Source: an uncultured bacterium (GTDB lineage Bacteria > CAYMEV01). From it: a stretch of DNA of 52,814 nt. A model generated the notes under the pieces. That model had not been told where the DNA came from. It worked only from the letters and a program-made list of their open reading frames with translations, and did not search any database. Shown piece by piece: positions 8,914 to 18,538 of the stretch. The translations under genes were made by a program, and so were the position numbers. Position 1 is the stretch's first letter; the number at the start of each line of letters is the position of its first letter. The stretch is from positions 1 through 52,814 of the forward strand of contig CAYSKJ010000003.1 of the NCBI GenBank assembly GCA_964431655.1. The letters run 5' to 3'.

Positions 8914-11900
8914 TCATTTGAGGGTTGTCATGGCATTAGAGTCTCCCCCTGCAGCTATAAGCTCCCAGGTTCCTGAAGCTGAATTCCTGAGATACAGGTT
9001 TTTTGAAGAAGTTTCACAGGCTATGAGGTCATCCAGAATATTTCCCGTGAATTTGCCTGATATTATTCTTTTCAGGGATGCCATCACAAGACAGGTCCAT
9101 CCTTTGTCACCGTAGCTGTAAAAGTAAGTCCTGCCAAGGTAGGTAAATATTACTTCTGAACCGCCCTGGTGTATAATATTGCCAACAGCAATATAGTGTC
9201 CGTTATCAGGAGTACCCCATGTAAGGCGGTTGAACTGAAAACCCCTGGCGTCTGAGCCCTTTGAAACCCACTCAAAACTGTCAGATATATCATTTATTAT
9301 GTCAAAATTATAAAATCTCTCAGAGCGGTTTTTCATGGTCTCGTTCTTTGATGGGATATATCTGACCAGGTAGGTTCCTATGCCGTCAAATACGCATATT
9401 AACTCATTGTATCCATCCCCAGTTATATCTCCTGATGTCAGCTGGGACGGGCTTAATGTGAGTATATTTACAAAGGTGTCCAGGGTAAAATCATAGGTAT
9501 ACAGCCCTGGGTAGCCTGAAAATACCACAACCAGTTCATCGATTGAATCGATATCCCGGTTGAGATCACAGGACTCAAGTATATCAGCAGGCATTCCCAT
9601 CAGATTTGTCCAGTTGGCCTGGAAAGCCCACTTAAACAGACCGCTGTCTGAAAAAGAAGCTATGATATGCTGGTCTCCCGATGCAGTGGTTTTTGCTATG
9701 GTGAATTCATTGCACCCTGCATTCTCTCCGGCTATAATGTTCCACTGATTGCCTGCCATGTCATAATACCACAGCCCGTACCCCGGAAGAAGAGCAACAA
9801 CTTCAAGGCTGCCGTCGCCTGAGATATCTCCTGCCATAACTTTGGATGCTGAAATATTGCTCAGTATCTTTTCCCATGAGGAGCCTTTTGATATAATGTC
9901 CGGGGATTTGGAACTGCTGTAAGTCCAATGCCATAAGCCCTTTATTGAAGTGTTTTCCAGGCTTATCACTGCACTGGAATAATTGGATGTATCCTCTTGA
10001 ATAAGTGCGGTAAACTGAACATTCCGGCCGGGCATGGTAAAGAAGGTGCTGGAAGATGAGATGTTGTCCAGCAGGGCAACATCCTCCGGCAGGCCTGACC
10101 ATTCTGTAAAAAGGTAGCCTGCGGGCAGTTCAGCAGCTATATAAACCGTTTCGCCCTGTCCGTAACTGCCTTCCCCTGTCAGGTTAACCATGGAATCGCC
10201 GTTGAGGCTTACGGTATAATAAACGGTATTCTGGATATTTTTTGTTATGCTGTTGGATGGCTCTGATTCCGTCTGGCCGTACAGGGCGGTTACCCAGTAG
10301 GTATAACTGCCGTCGACAAGGCCCTCATCGAGGTAGTTTAAGGTATCAGGGCTGTTAATGGTTGCTATTGGTGAGCCGTTCCTGTAGACTTTATAACCGG
10401 TGAGGCTGCTGGCCGGATAATCGACAGTTATGCCTGTGTAATAATGGCATACTATCTGCTGCCAGGTAGAACCTGCATCAGCCATGTTCTTGGAGCCCCA
10501 CTGGGCCAGCCCTACTCCGTGGCCATAATAGTAGTCATATCCGCAGGGGCTTGGAACAGACCTGAGGTATGCAATGGGAGATCCGCCCCAGACATCCTCA
10601 TTGTTTTTGGTGTAGCCGTTGCTGTGGGCAAAGAATACGGATTGGATTATATTGCCGGAATATTTGAGCGAGTGGCCTGATGTAGCCTCCACAGCCTCAT
10701 CTGTTGTTGCATAATGATCCGGACCCCATGCCTGGCAGCATGTGGTTGTGCATACATCCGCCCCTACATCATTATGCTTGCTTGTAATGGCGGCATAGCA
10801 TCTTGCAGCCATCGCCTGGGCCCTTAAGGCCTGCTGGTTCCATGATGTATACACCTCTTTTGGTATCACACCCTTCAAATACTCGTCCATATCCATGACA
10901 ACTACGGTTCCATCTGTCATCAGGACACGCCGGGTTGCAGGCAGTTCAGTTATCTTGGCCATATTATAATCATCAATAATGTGAGCTGAGGGCAGAGGGT
11001 ATCTCTGGTATATCTTCTGCATCTGTTGTGGTGACGGGTTTTCAGGTGACATTAGTATGTTATGGAATTCATGTTTCTGGCTGGATGTATAGAGCTTTCT
11101 GTTCATGTCAATATAGCCGTCTTTATGCAGTTTGAGGCCTGTGGTGCCTGATGAATCAATTTCTACATCAAAATAACCCCTGCTGTCGCTGTAACCAAGA
11201 AGCCTGCCGCTGGTTTCATCATAAATCTCTGTCCCCCATATCCCTATGTCATCAGCCATGCATAAGATCTTCCCCTTTATATTTAAAGGCTTTACCGGCT
11301 TTACGGTTTCTTTAGAATATAAACCTTTGCCTGAAGGCAGGTCCCAGTTCAGCTGTACGCTGTTCTGGCCGATTATCTGCCCGGTAAGGTTCAGGGGAGG
11401 GTTGTAGACAGGATTGCCGTTAACTGTGATAGTAAAGGATATATGGCTGTCATCTGGTCCTTCCTGGTCACTGAACCAGGAATATCCATCCTGGTAGAGG
11501 TTAAAGGTTTCTGTATATTGCAAAGTCTGTGCAGTCTCAGGAGCCTGTACGGTAAAACTGAACTGGGTAACCTGTCCTGGAAGGCAGTTCTTTACTGCAC
11601 CCATGACTTTTGCCTGGGATATCCAGCTTGAATGGTGGAAAAGGCTGTTTCTAAACCGGGGGTTGGTAGTAGCAAGTATGGTGGCGGAGCTGAAAGAGTT
11701 GCTTCCTGTATTCAGGATATTTACCTCTACTGTTTCGGATGAACCGCTGTCCATGGTACTGGAATAACTAATACTGCTCATTTCGGCGCCGAAGCCCTCC
11801 CTGTTTCCTCCCGGGGTATATTCCAGATAGCTCCCTGAAGACCAGCCGTAGGTATACCCGTCTACATTGGCTACATAGAACTTATACCATCCCCCGCTTT

Positions 11901-13488
11901 CTTCCGCCACGGCAAAACTTTGACCGCTGGCCACTGTGGTTATTATGCCGTAGGAGGTGCTAGGGCCTGATCTTACATTAAGGGTTCCTTTCCAGTCCAT
12001 AACCCTTACCATGGCAGTGTCCTGACCGCCTTCAAGATAGCCATTATCCGTTGCCGTGCCTCCGTAGCAGTACCCGTACATGACACCTGTTCCGCTCGGA
12101 ATGTGTATACGGTACCACCCGTTTTCATAATAATCGCTGACATATTTTTCACCGGGATATACCTCTGTTATGATGGCATAGGAAGACCCCGGGCCTGACC
12201 TTACATTCAAAAAACCGTCCCCTGTCGGCTTGACCTTTACAACAAAGGGATTCCCTGAACTTCCTCCCCCGTCCAGCAGCATTCCCATCCATGTGGTCCA
12301 TGGCAGGTTCCCGGGGCAATCTGTGCTTGTACCCGGCATTTCATTGTGTCCCCTTATACCTGGGAGGGCTCTTACTTTTGGAATGGCATGGAGATCGGCA
12401 AAATACCTTGCCATATCAGTTGAGGCAGTAAGCATTGCAACGCTGTACCATAAATCCGGGTTTGCAGCAGTTGCTTCATGTTCAACGCCTATGGAGCGCC
12501 TGTTGTTTTCCGGGTATCCGCTTGCGCCGCAGTGCCATGCTGAATATTCAACCAGTACGCATTGAGATATTTCACCGTCGGATGCCCTTATTACAAAATG
12601 AGCGCTGGAATTATTATTGTCGGGATGCTGGAACCAGGATATGGCTCCGGCATAAGTACCGACACCTACCCAGTGATTTACCCATGTATCGATATCCGTA
12701 CCGTATCTTGAGGAATAGTTGGGGCTTGCGGTTGATGAATTATATATAGCAGGGGGGTAGTCGGAGGATTTGGAACTGCTGTACCCTGTTTCCCAGTCAA
12801 TTTCAAGCTTCCTGGGGTAAGGTTCTATTATTATCCTTTCTTCCCAGTTGGTAGAGCTTATAATTCCGCTTTCCAGAACATTGTAGTAACGCAGTGCCTG
12901 TTTCATGCCAAGCTCGCGGGAGAACAAACCGCTGAATTTAATCAGGGGTTCGAGCCAGTCCTCGATGATATCTCTGTTAATATTCATTTCATCTGCATAT
13001 TGAGAAAGAAGGGCTGCAGCCCCCCTGATATTGTGCATGGCATCATATTTCAGCGTTTCAGGACTAAGGTTTAACAGCTCTGCTGATTCTATCAGGGTAC
13101 TGCAGTAGCTATTTTCAACCAGATGCATGATACCCCATCCCCTGTCTATGGACGGGCCTATCTGTGTCCAGTTGTTTTCGATCTGGCCTATTACCTTCAG
13201 GAGGGCGCAGGGGACTTTAAATTCCCCTGAAGCTGACGCGAAATACTTTTCGAGCGTTTTTACTGATGGTTGTGGGCTGTTAAGAAATTTATACCAGGAC
13301 GCATAATCATCATCATCGAAAATACTGCTGTCTGTTTTTTGAACGACTGTCTTCAGTATATTGGAAAGATCCTTTTGTAAAAATATATCACCGTTTTCAT
13401 AAGTTATCCTGGTTACTCCCTCAGCCTGAAAGAATACACAGGCAAAAAGAACCAGAATCAGGAAAAAAGCAAGCTTTGACTTATGCAT
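8914..13488 (-). CDS. Secreted multidomain peptidoglycan hydrolase: SLT/lysozyme-like + Amidase_2 + 2xSH3b + Ig-like + Fn3 + SpoIID/LytB + FG-GAP-like repeats
   Basis: Signal peptide; IENNW..GWGIMHL..NIRGAA (SLT-like); SAHFVI, AWHCG, SIGVEHE, GHNE, DCPG (amidase); LNVRSGP twice; EYLKGVIPKE..AQAMAAR..GHGVGLAQWG (SpoIID); GDISGDG/GDITGDG repeats; GGAGG SD. Confidence 0.9.
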   Translation of the reverse strand: MHKSKLAFFLILVLFACVFFQAEGVTRITYENGDIFLQKDLSNILKTVVQKTDSSIFDDDDYASWYKFLNSPQPSVKTLEKYFASASGEFKVPCALLKVIGQIENNWTQIGPSIDRGWGIMHLVENSYCSTLIESAELLNLSPETLKYDAMHNIRGAAALLSQYADEMNINRDIIEDWLEPLIKFSGLFSRELGMKQALRYYNVLESGIISSTNWEERIIIEPYPRKLEIDWETGYSSSKSSDYPPAIYNSSTASPNYSSRYGTDIDTWVNHWVGVGTYAGAISWFQHPDNNNSSAHFVIRASDGEISQCVLVEYSAWHCGASGYPENNRRSIGVEHEATAANPDLWYSVAMLTASTDMARYFADLHAIPKVRALPGIRGHNEMPGTSTDCPGNLPWTTWMGMLLDGGGSSGNPFVVKVKPTGDGFLNVRSGPGSSYAIITEVYPGEKYVSDYYENGWYRIHIPSGTGVMYGYCYGGTATDNGYLEGGQDTAMVRVMDWKGTLNVRSGPSTSYGIITTVASGQSFAVAEESGGWYKFYVANVDGYTYGWSSGSYLEYTPGGNREGFGAEMSSISYSSTMDSGSSETVEVNILNTGSNSFSSATILATTNPRFRNSLFHHSSWISQAKVMGAVKNCLPGQVTQFSFTVQAPETAQTLQYTETFNLYQDGYSWFSDQEGPDDSHISFTITVNGNPVYNPPLNLTGQIIGQNSVQLNWDLPSGKGLYSKETVKPVKPLNIKGKILCMADDIGIWGTEIYDETSGRLLGYSDSRGYFDVEIDSSGTTGLKLHKDGYIDMNRKLYTSSQKHEFHNILMSPENPSPQQMQKIYQRYPLPSAHIIDDYNMAKITELPATRRVLMTDGTVVVMDMDEYLKGVIPKEVYTSWNQQALRAQAMAARCYAAITSKHNDVGADVCTTTCCQAWGPDHYATTDEAVEATSGHSLKYSGNIIQSVFFAHSNGYTKNNEDVWGGSPIAYLRSVPSPCGYDYYYGHGVGLAQWGSKNMADAGSTWQQIVCHYYTGITVDYPASSLTGYKVYRNGSPIATINSPDTLNYLDEGLVDGSYTYWVTALYGQTESEPSNSITKNIQNTVYYTVSLNGDSMVNLTGEGSYGQGETVYIAAELPAGYLFTEWSGLPEDVALLDNISSSSTFFTMPGRNVQFTALIQEDTSNYSSAVISLENTSIKGLWHWTYSSSKSPDIISKGSSWEKILSNISASKVMAGDISGDGSLEVVALLPGYGLWYYDMAGNQWNIIAGENAGCNEFTIAKTTASGDQHIIASFSDSGLFKWAFQANWTNLMGMPADILESCDLNRDIDSIDELVVVFSGYPGLYTYDFTLDTFVNILTLSPSQLTSGDITGDGYNELICVFDGIGTYLVRYIPSKNETMKNRSERFYNFDIINDISDSFEWVSKGSDARGFQFNRLTWGTPDNGHYIAVGNIIHQGGSEVIFTYLGRTYFYSYGDKGWTCLVMASLKRIISGKFTGNILDDLIACETSSKNLYLRNSASGTWELIAAGGDSNAMTTLK

Positions 13489-13603
13489 GACCTACCTCCC
13501 GATAGAATTCATCTGTTTAATGTTTTAAGGATACTCTGAAAACATCTGCAAACCCAAGAAAGAATTGATAATGCCAAGTATTGTTATCATTGCAATCACC
13601 TGT

Positions 13604-13632
13604 ATTATATCACAAAACTTCCTGAATTTCAA
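13604..13632 (-). promoter_or_regulatory. Sigma70 promoter of the large hydrolase
   Basis: Minus strand TTGAAA-17 nt-TATAAT with TG extended -10. Confidence 0.7.
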
Positions 13633-13756
13633 GCGTTAGGCTTATAAATTATTGTGCCGGGATGCTGATAGGGCTTCTTTATCTCAGGGAAAAGCTGGTG
13701 CAGGGAGAAAACAGTCTCCAAATATAAAGGCGGAAAAGAAGCTTTAACAGATTTTA

Positions 13757-16141
13757 TTAATTCTCTCTGCCGACAAACCTGTCAAACCATTCAATCATTT
13801 CTGCAAGAACATGTTTTATTGATTCTTCTGCATAGTAACCATGCTCCTCAAAGGGGAGTATTACCATCCTTGCGGTTCCTCCGGTGCCTTTTACTGCGTG
13901 AAACATCCGTTCTGTCTGCATCAGATGAGTGCCTGAGTTTGAATCCCTTTCTCCATGGATAAGAAGTATCGGTTTTTTTATTCTGTCAGCATACATGAAG
14001 GGGGATATATTAACATAGAAATCCCTGGCTTCCCATAATGTTCTCCTTTCGCCCTGGAAACCGAAAGGCGTAAGAGTCCTGTTATAGGCTCCGCTTCTTG
14101 CCACCCCTGCAGAACAGATACTGCTGTTGCCAAGCACTGTGGCTACCATGAAAGCTCCGTAGCTGTGTCCGGTAATTCCTATTTTTCCCGGGTCTATTAT
14201 GCCTTTTTCATTGAGATAGTTAACAGCAGCTTCAACACTTTCCACAGTCTGTTCTATAAAGGTGTCGTTTACAGTCTCGGGGCTGCCTACAATGGGAATC
14301 GCTGCACCATCCAGGACAGCATATCCTCTCAGGGTCATGTAGAGGGGAGATGCACCGATGAAAGAGAAAAAACGGCTGGGAGAAGCGCTGACCTGCTCAG
14401 CAACTGACATATCGGTATATTCTCTTGGATAGGCATTTATTATAAGGGGCAATCTGTTGCCCGGCTTATATTCAGGAGGATAATACAGGGTGCCTGACAG
14501 CTGTAAACCGTCCTTTCTTTTATAGCTGACAAGCTCTTTCTTTATACCGGTTATCTCGGGGTAAGGATTTTTATAAAAAGTGACCTGTTTTTTCTCCCCG
14601 GTTCTAAGATCAACAATAAAGTAATTTCTTTGTATATCAGGCTTTTCACTGCTGATTAGCACTCTTTCAAAACCTGAACCGTAGAATCCCAAAACCTGCT
14701 GGAAACAACCACTACCACACCTGTAAAGAATATCCATCCTTTTTTCAGAGATGCTGTATTTTCCGATAAAGGGCAGATTGCCTTCGGGGGTGGCTCCCCG
14801 GGAGTTATTGAAATATAAATTGTCATTTCTGTGTAAAAATACAGTCTCACCCCGCGGGGTTCTTGTGGTTATAAGCTGACCGGGATGATTATACCGGTCC
14901 AGAAGGCTCATATCGAATAAAACCTGGGTTTTATTTTTACTTATATCATGCATGGAAGCTGTCATCCATACACGGTCCCGGTCAAATTCCCTGACTATGC
15001 ACAGGTCCTTGTGCTCTGACCACTCTATTCCGGAAAATCGGTGAACAGTCCTTGTTATCTCCCGGGGCATGCTGTCAAAGGGCGCAGGCAACCGGACTAT
15101 TCTATCCCTGTATTCAGCTTCATTCATCGGATTGCCTCCGTCAAGGGCTTCAGCCCAGTAAAGCATTGCATTATGGTGGGGCTGCCATGATATATCCCTC
15201 GGCCCCTCAGGTACTCCTCCCTGGGGTATATTATCCATCAATGGCTGTTTATGTACAGTGTAGGCTAAATTTCCGTCAGTATCCCATACTTCATGGGTTT
15301 TAGGGAAAAAATAATAAGGGAAAAGATAGGAATAAGGCTTTTCAATTTTTGTTACCAGAAAATATCCGGCATCTGGTGATATTGATACACTGCTGTAAAT
15401 TCCCGGTTTACCAATGGATTTTCCTGCATGTTTATTAATGTTATAAATTAAAGGCTGTACCTGGAAATAGTAATCAAAGAGCTCAATATCATGCGTATTT
15501 CCCAGAAGGTTCTGATAGGTCACAATAAGCCCTTCGGAACCCTGGCACTCATCAATTATTGGTGATGAGGGAACAGGCGGAGCTTCGGGTGCTTTGCCGC
15601 GGTTTTCCGGTATTGCTGATATATAAAGGTTTTCATTGTCAATCCAGTAAAACCCGCCATTTCCAAAAGCATCGTTTACCAAAACAGCCGGTATCTCGAA
15701 ATGAGTCCTCTCAGGTATATTTATTATATATAAAACAATTCCCGCCTCAGCCTCGATACTGAGGGCGCAATTCCTGTTATCCGGGGATAGCACAAAATTC
15801 CTCGCACCTCCCTGAAGGCTGATATCAGGTATAAAGCTCCGGCCAGTTTCATGATAGGTAAGGGAAAAAGAACTAAAGGTAATATTCTGTACTGCGGCAT
15901 TCAGACGGGGGGACAGCCTCACCCCGGCCAGCGGCAAATATGGTTCAGCAAGCTTGCTCAAGGGAGGAAGGCTATCGTAACTGTATTTTATTGAAAAGGT
16001 TGTAAAATTTTCAAATGCATGGGAGGGGGGGAGTTCAGCTTCGAGGATTCTTTTAATGTTTTCAGGGGGTTCTTTGTATTGGGCACTTATTATATTTATG
16101 GAAAAAAGCATAAGAATAAATGAAATGAACAGTTTTTGCAT
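13757..16141 (-). CDS. S9 family (prolyl oligopeptidase clan) serine peptidase, glutamyl endopeptidase-like, exported
   Basis: Signal peptide; GHSYGA nucleophile elbow; ARSGAYNRTLTPFGFQ; HGERDSNSGT; LPFEEHGY. Confidence 0.92.
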   Translation of the reverse strand: MQKLFISFILMLFSINIISAQYKEPPENIKRILEAELPPSHAFENFTTFSIKYSYDSLPPLSKLAEPYLPLAGVRLSPRLNAAVQNITFSSFSLTYHETGRSFIPDISLQGGARNFVLSPDNRNCALSIEAEAGIVLYIINIPERTHFEIPAVLVNDAFGNGGFYWIDNENLYISAIPENRGKAPEAPPVPSSPIIDECQGSEGLIVTYQNLLGNTHDIELFDYYFQVQPLIYNINKHAGKSIGKPGIYSSVSISPDAGYFLVTKIEKPYSYLFPYYFFPKTHEVWDTDGNLAYTVHKQPLMDNIPQGGVPEGPRDISWQPHHNAMLYWAEALDGGNPMNEAEYRDRIVRLPAPFDSMPREITRTVHRFSGIEWSEHKDLCIVREFDRDRVWMTASMHDISKNKTQVLFDMSLLDRYNHPGQLITTRTPRGETVFLHRNDNLYFNNSRGATPEGNLPFIGKYSISEKRMDILYRCGSGCFQQVLGFYGSGFERVLISSEKPDIQRNYFIVDLRTGEKKQVTFYKNPYPEITGIKKELVSYKRKDGLQLSGTLYYPPEYKPGNRLPLIINAYPREYTDMSVAEQVSASPSRFFSFIGASPLYMTLRGYAVLDGAAIPIVGSPETVNDTFIEQTVESVEAAVNYLNEKGIIDPGKIGITGHSYGAFMVATVLGNSSICSAGVARSGAYNRTLTPFGFQGERRTLWEARDFYVNISPFMYADRIKKPILLIHGERDSNSGTHLMQTERMFHAVKGTGGTARMVILPFEEHGYYAEESIKHVLAEMIEWFDRFVGREN

Positions 16142-16291
16142 TGTTCAGCAAACCTCCTCAGGCTTTTATGAAAGGCTACGATTGGGCATTTAGCATTGTT
16201 TCGGTTAAAGCATGCCAAAAAAAAGTATTTTAATCCAGAATAAAATATGTTATAATAAACTCCTGAAATCAGCAAATTGAAGGAGGCAAAG

Positions 16292-17011
16292 ATGTATAAG
16301 TATTCTATTTCTATGGGTTTGTTTTTTCTCCTGGTTCTGGGCAGCTTCTGTCCAACAGCAAATGCTCAGGAAGATGCATGCAGTCCTGTTGAATGGATAT
16401 CTGAAATTGAAGGTATCATATTGAGCTCAACAGAGATGAAAGCAGGAAAATGTGAAAGGGTTTATGTTTTCAGCAATGATGTTGACCTTGTTTTCAACCG
16501 GATAAGAAGAGGATTTGAGGACCGAGGCTGGAATATTGAAGAAGACACAGAAATAAATATTCCGGGTCTTGAATCGAGGATGCTCAAAGCTGTGCATGGG
16601 TCCATGGCAGCAGAGATTGCAACACGGCAAGACAGCGGTGGGACAAAGCTGGCTGTTGAATTAAGGGGATCAGAATCTGATATTTCTGAAAAACAGTCGG
16701 GCATCGAAGGTGGTGCTTCCTCCCTGTCCCTCAGCCTTCCTGTTCCTGATGGATGCACCCTTATATCAGAGACCCGGGATGATGAGGATTATGTACTGAC
16801 TTACAGCTGCACCGGGGATATGGGCAAAGCGGTCAGCTGGATAAGCAGTGAATTAAAAAAGCAGGGCTGGGAAGTGGACGACGACAGCTCGGCTTCTACC
16901 AGCTTCGGGCTTGGAGCAACCATTGAAGCTGAAAAAGGCGGATATGATCTTGATATTTCTTTTTCCGGAACTTCCATGAGCGGGACCATAGTCTATACTT
17001 TAAGTCAATAG
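16292..17011 (+). CDS. Hypothetical exported protein with two similar domains
   Basis: ATG 16292 follows AGGAGG; signal peptide ending ANA; repeated Y...D......I...L/F...GW.I/V.ED/DD motif. Confidence 0.75.
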   Translation: MYKYSISMGLFFLLVLGSFCPTANAQEDACSPVEWISEIEGIILSSTEMKAGKCERVYVFSNDVDLVFNRIRRGFEDRGWNIEEDTEINIPGLESRMLKAVHGSMAAEIATRQDSGGTKLAVELRGSESDISEKQSGIEGGASSLSLSLPVPDGCTLISETRDDEDYVLTYSCTGDMGKAVSWISSELKKQGWEVDDDSSASTSFGLGATIEAEKGGYDLDISFSGTSMSGTIVYTLSQ

Positions 17012-17033
17012 TACAGCGCCATTATATAAACTA

Positions 17034-17059
17034 TCCTTAGAATACCTTCGTTTTAAGGG
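17034..17059. terminator. Possible bidirectional terminator hairpin between convergent genes
   Basis: TCCTTAGAAT-6 nt-GTTTTAAGGG, a stem with G-U pairs. Confidence 0.35.
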
Positions 17060-17089
17060 ATTTACTTACTCAGGATTCCATGGATAGTC

Positions 17090-17584
17090 CTAATGATGAT
17101 GATCTGCCTCCGATTCTTCATGTGTTTTGTGTATTGTGCCTGGTTCATGCTCGGGAGGGCTGTATAGCACATATAGCTTTAACGGCTCTTTTCCTGTGTT
17201 GATAATATTATGCCATGTCCCGGCCGGGATTAATATAGCCCAGTCATCCGAGACCTCTTTGTCAAAGGTCAGGTTTTTTTCAGCATCTCCCATAAGAACC
17301 CTGCCTTTACCGCTCTCAACACGGATAAACTGATCATTGTGGTTATGAACCTCAAGCCCTATTTCTCCCATGGGAGGAATTGACATTACAGTCAGCTGAA
17401 GATTCTTGCCGGTCCATTTGGCGGTCCTGAAATTGTCATTTCCCATGGTCAGTGCCTCGATATCAACAGTCCAGGGTTCTTTCCCATAATCCTTTGAATC
17501 AAATTCCTCTGTCTCTGATGCTTCAATACTTAATAAAGCAGCAAAAATGATCAATACCAGTGTTACAAGAAATCCTTTTTTCAT
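17090..17584 (-). CDS. Cupin domain protein with signal peptide
   Basis: EIGLEVH..NDQFIRVESG and IPAGTWHNIIN cupin motifs; YSPPEH. Confidence 0.88.
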   Translation of the reverse strand: MKKGFLVTLVLIIFAALLSIEASETEEFDSKDYGKEPWTVDIEALTMGNDNFRTAKWTGKNLQLTVMSIPPMGEIGLEVHNHNDQFIRVESGKGRVLMGDAEKNLTFDKEVSDDWAILIPAGTWHNIINTGKEPLKLYVLYSPPEHEPGTIHKTHEESEADHHH

Positions 17585-17683
17585 ATTATTTCTCCTTTCT
17601 TTTGTCTAATAGGGTATATTCTAAAGCATAACGGCTGATGTTCAAAGAATATTTTCAAGGCAGGTTATTTTCCATTAATGGCT

Positions 17684-18376
17684 TCAGGTCTTTCTGTAGA
17701 GGAATGCCGTGGCAAAACCGAAGGTATAATTCTCCACAGCGATCCTTTTCATACCCTTTGATTCAAGGAGGATGGCGAAGCTTTCCTTGTCAGTATGCCT
17801 GGCTATGCTGTCTGCGAGGTATTTATATGCTCCGCGACAGGTGAAGATTCCGGGAAGAAGGGGGACGAATTTCCCCAGCCATAAAGAATGTATACTCCCG
17901 ATGAACCCTCTGCCTGCAGGGAAAGCATCCAGAAAAAGAAGCTGTCCTCCTTTTTTTAAGCATCTGAGTAATTCATCTAATGTATTTTCAATGTTTTTTA
18001 GGTTTCTGAGAGTATAGAAAGATATAAGGCAATCGAAGCTCCCGTCTGAAAAGGGCAGGGAAACGGCATCACCCAGAAGGAGACTGACGGATAAGGGGGA
18101 AATGTCTTTCCTTAACATCCGGGAAGATATATCGAGGCCTGTTATATCAAGGTCATTTTGCTTGTTTTTGAGGATTTCCACTGCTTTTCCCGTGCCGCAT
18201 CCCAGATCGAGAACCCTTCCCTTAAATTCTGCAAGGCTCAATGCCCTTTTTCTCCATATTGTTGTTTGTCCCAGAGAGATAATAATATTATTTCTGTCAT
18301 AACTACCTGAAATTTTGTCGAACAGACGCCTGATCTGCCTGGTTTTATGCCTCGGTTTGAAATGGAAATTATTCAT
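17684..18376 (-). CDS. ubiE: UbiE/MenG-family SAM-dependent methyltransferase
   Basis: LFDKISGSYDRNN..ISLG...WR, VLDLGCGTG, GDA.SLPF.DGSFD, LRN, AYKYLADSI. Confidence 0.8.
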   Translation of the reverse strand: MNNFHFKPRHKTRQIRRLFDKISGSYDRNNIIISLGQTTIWRKRALSLAEFKGRVLDLGCGTGKAVEILKNKQNDLDITGLDISSRMLRKDISPLSVSLLLGDAVSLPFSDGSFDCLISFYTLRNLKNIENTLDELLRCLKKGGQLLFLDAFPAGRGFIGSIHSLWLGKFVPLLPGIFTCRGAYKYLADSIARHTDKESFAILLESKGMKRIAVENYTFGFATAFLYRKT

Positions 18377-18384
18377 TAAACCGT

Positions 18385-18413
18385 ATTTAATGCCGGAGAT
18401 TTTATTGTGTCAA
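18385..18413 (-). promoter_or_regulatory. Putative sigma70 promoter immediately upstream of the ubiE-like ATG
   Basis: TTGACA-17 nt-TTAAAT, ending 8 nt before ATG 18376; no SD. Confidence 0.45.
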
Positions 18414-18483
18414 TAAGTTTTGATATTTCCTGTACATTATTGCCCTCATCAAAATATTTTATTAAATCTTTCATTATATTTTG

Positions 18484-18510
18484 GCAACCATTTATGATTT
18501 TTATTGTTTA
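18484..18510 (+). promoter_or_regulatory. Putative ECF-sigma promoter
   Basis: GCAAC-16 nt-TGTTTA upstream of the Spy/CpxP-like gene. Confidence 0.4.
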
Positions 18511-18538
18511 AGAGTTAAGAAATGAAGGAGGTAACCAC

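Noticed and set aside
13566-13589. TGATAA...TTATCA inverted repeat as a Fur box in the hydrolase leader
   Set aside because: Spacing does not fit the 7-1-7/19-bp Fur consensus; a 6-bp AT-rich match may be chance.
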